A stretch of 64,000 nucleotides of DNA from the human T2T-CHM13v2.0 reference genome, Homo sapiens, in assembly GCF_009914755.1 (NCBI RefSeq), contig NC_060927.1; one strand, 5' to 3'. Both the position numbers and the translations under genes were made by a program. The notes beneath the pieces are model-generated. The model did not search any database. It saw only the letters and a list, made by a program, of their open reading frames with translations, and was not told the origin of the DNA. Shown one piece after another: positions 59,401 through 64,000 of the stretch (the first letter of the stretch is position 1; each line of letters opens with the position of its first letter).

Positions 59401-61740
59401 CCAGCCTTCATATTGTTTATCTTGATTTCTTTTTTCTTCTCTGTTGTAGTGGATAGCACCAGACAATCAGTAGTTGAAGCCCTTTTCACATCTTCACTGG
59501 GCATTCTATTAAATGACATATGTGTTCTCCCCAAACTCTAACATCTGTTCATTGAAAATAGGGCAAACACCAAGACCATTTGTAATACAATTGCTGACTA
59601 TTGAATATTTACTTTGTTAGAAAAAATGCTAAGTACTTTACAATATTTCTCTGCAATAAAACTCATCTTTTGAGCTAACAATGCTATTCTCATTCTACTA
59701 AGGAGAAACTTTAGTCACAGAGAGATTAAATAATTTGCTCAACAACACACAAGGAAGTAAGAGTCTGGGAGAGAATTTGTACTTTTCCCTTCCTTTTAGA
59801 TGTCATTCATAAAAAAAAAAAATTAGTGTACCTGATTTTGTACTCCTAGCCACTATTTAATCCTGCCTCTGTAATTAGCTTTTATGGATAAGTTTATCTT
59901 TCCGTACTCAGAAAATAAAATAGTAAAATAAAAAGGCAGCACAAGGTGTCACTAAGTGGCTTTCACCAGAGGTGAAGTTGTACAGAATTAGAGAGGGGTT
60001 TTAACCACATCTAGGGCACTGCCCATAGAGGAATGCAGACCAATTTCTGAAGTCAATTTGTGTTATCCCCTGCTCCTTAACCTGGGTTCCAATACCAGTT
60101 ACATTTAAGGAACTCTCCTTCCCCCTCTTTCCAGACATTTCCATGGTAGAAACACAGTAGTAGTTCAGGAGTTAGGAGACCTGGGCTTTAGAGCTTTTTA
60201 TAAAATGGGATGTCTGAATTTGATAGTGTGCAATGTTCCTTCCAACTCCAAACAGATGTTGTCATTTTCACAGCCTCTAGAAGCCACAGGTACCTTCTCA
60301 ATTAGAAGTTCTAAATGATTTGTAATAGTGAGCACTATTTGGATTCCTGACAGCCTATATCAGGAAAATAAGCAAAGTTTTGGATCAAGTGCTTATATCT
60401 AAAGCCATTGCTTTATAAGCTGGTCTTCACTGCCAATTCCTTCTTCCCTATAGATTGTTGGTATTTCTGGTCTGGATGGGTTACAAGAATTTATTTTATT
60501 GATTTCCTGAATCTCTGTACATCCTTAAAATAATTCAGAATTGGAAAGAAATACATTTAGCTCTTTGTCACATAGTGTAGAGATCTTTTGACATAAAGAG
60601 AGAGCTGCTGATATTCTGTTTCCCCTAATGCCTGAGTGTGGCATGGTTTCAAAGGGTTGCTTTATCACATGTAGACATGGAGGGACCATCAGGTAATGAG
60701 ATATAACATTTCCTGGAAATTAATTAGTGGTGTGTTGTCCAGGAACTAAATTTCTTTTACTCCTGTTTGCCACCTGTCCTGGATGTCTAGTGCCGAATTT
60801 GAATTTCCATGCCAAACTGAAAAAGCAGCATTGGCTTTAGTTGCCCTCTTTTTCACATTAACTTAGGGTTTTAGCATGTAAAGCGACTACGTTGTTTTAG
60901 TGAAATGAACTTAGAATGAACTTCAACAGTGATGAACTGATAACCAATTAAATAAATAATTGATTCATCTGAGAACAGTCTGACTCCTAGAAGTGGTGTT
61001 CCTAAGAAGCTTTTGTGTAACTGCCCTCTGGAAAGCCTCACAAGTTGTTGCCTTTCTTTCTTTATTTTTTCCAAATGGACAATTTTTGACAAACAAACTT
61101 CTAAGAGCAGTCAAGTGTCAAATACAAAGTTATGGCTGGTGCAGCTGCCTTTGGGATCACACGCTCCATTTATTCATTATAGAAAGCTCAGATGCACAAA
61201 CATGTGGTGCCATTTTGTGTACCTGTCAGTTTAGTGCGTTTAATGAACATTGATCATGCTCATCCAGACACACTTCTCGATGCTGCAAGCAGGAAGTCAG
61301 TGGTTTCTGAAAGACAGGGTGAAAACTTGTTTTTTTTTTTTTTTTCAAATGTGCCTCTGTGGAATCCTTTTTGCCCAAAATAGATGCATTAATAAACATG
61401 ACTAAAATGTACCTTAAATTCACTACAAAAGAGAAAAGATGTTGATGAAAAATTTGCTCTGGTTTTGCTAATATTAAGTCCAGTATTTGTCTACTTAAAG
61501 TAGAAGTTTTGATGACTTGGATAATCATTAGATTGCTATCTAGCTATTTGTAGTTTTGTAGCATCATCTGTTCCAAAACTGATTTTTTGCTCTCTTTTAA
61601 TACCCTGTTAATTACAAAACCTCCTACTGGGTAGTTTTACCATACATAAATTCTGTCAAGTACTGCTGAATTAATTGGTGCCGAACATCGTTCCGGTCTA
61701 TGGTGGGAGTAATAGTTCTTATTTTCTTGCCTTTTAATGT

Positions 61741-61867
61741 TTGGACACAGGAAAAGGAATATCACACACCAGGGCCTGCTGTGGGGTGGAGGGAGGGGGG
61801 AGGGATAGCATTAGGAAACATACCTAATGTAAATGACGAGTTAATGGGTGTAGCACACCAACATGGC
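61741..61867 (+). repeat. 127-bp inverted copy of the neighbouring L1 3' UTR
   Basis: Reverse complement of 61993-62119 with only 2 mismatches; no poly-A tail of its own. Confidence 0.95.
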
Positions 61868-61911
61868 TGTCAAAATTCCTTTCAAAATTCTCATAAAAGA
61901 GGTAGTTTAGC

Positions 61912-64000
<2,089 letters not shown>

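Noticed and set aside
61676-61695. tggtgccgaa as a retroviral primer-binding site
   Set aside because: Only the first 10 of 18 nt match a tRNA-Phe-type PBS and no LTR precedes it.

Overview
Primate, very likely human, AT-rich genomic DNA with no intact recognisable protein-coding gene, rRNA, tRNA or CRISPR array. The only gene-derived sequence I can identify is a degraded, intronless processed pseudogene of HINT2 (about 135-730, + strand). The rest is intron- or intergenic-type sequence: 21 Alus (J, S and Y classes, many with target-site duplications), the 3' part of an L1PA element running off the right end (- strand), several older L1 fragments, five MLT1 solo LTRs (all - strand), one LTR16-like element, MER30, MER47 and MADE1 DNA-transposon remnants, L2/MIR relics and microsatellites. 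Most ORF-track entries are Alu, L1 or low-complexity artefacts. The most notable unexplained structures are: (1) a 127-bp inverted copy of the adjacent L1's own 3' UTR (61741-61867 vs 61993-62119); (2) a recursive-splice-site-like AG|GTATGT behind a long AG-free pyrimidine-rich tract (38900); (3) a CpG-retaining 56-nt cassette-exon candidate (11273-11328) and a 15-nt microexon candidate (37769-37783); (4) a 24-bp-stem hairpin of pre-miRNA geometry (55055-55116); (5) several local duplications of different ages. I found no evidence strong enough to claim a new biological system; these are testable candidates. Repeat subfamily calls come from remembered consensus motifs, not from a RepeatMasker run, and old-repeat boundaries are approximate.
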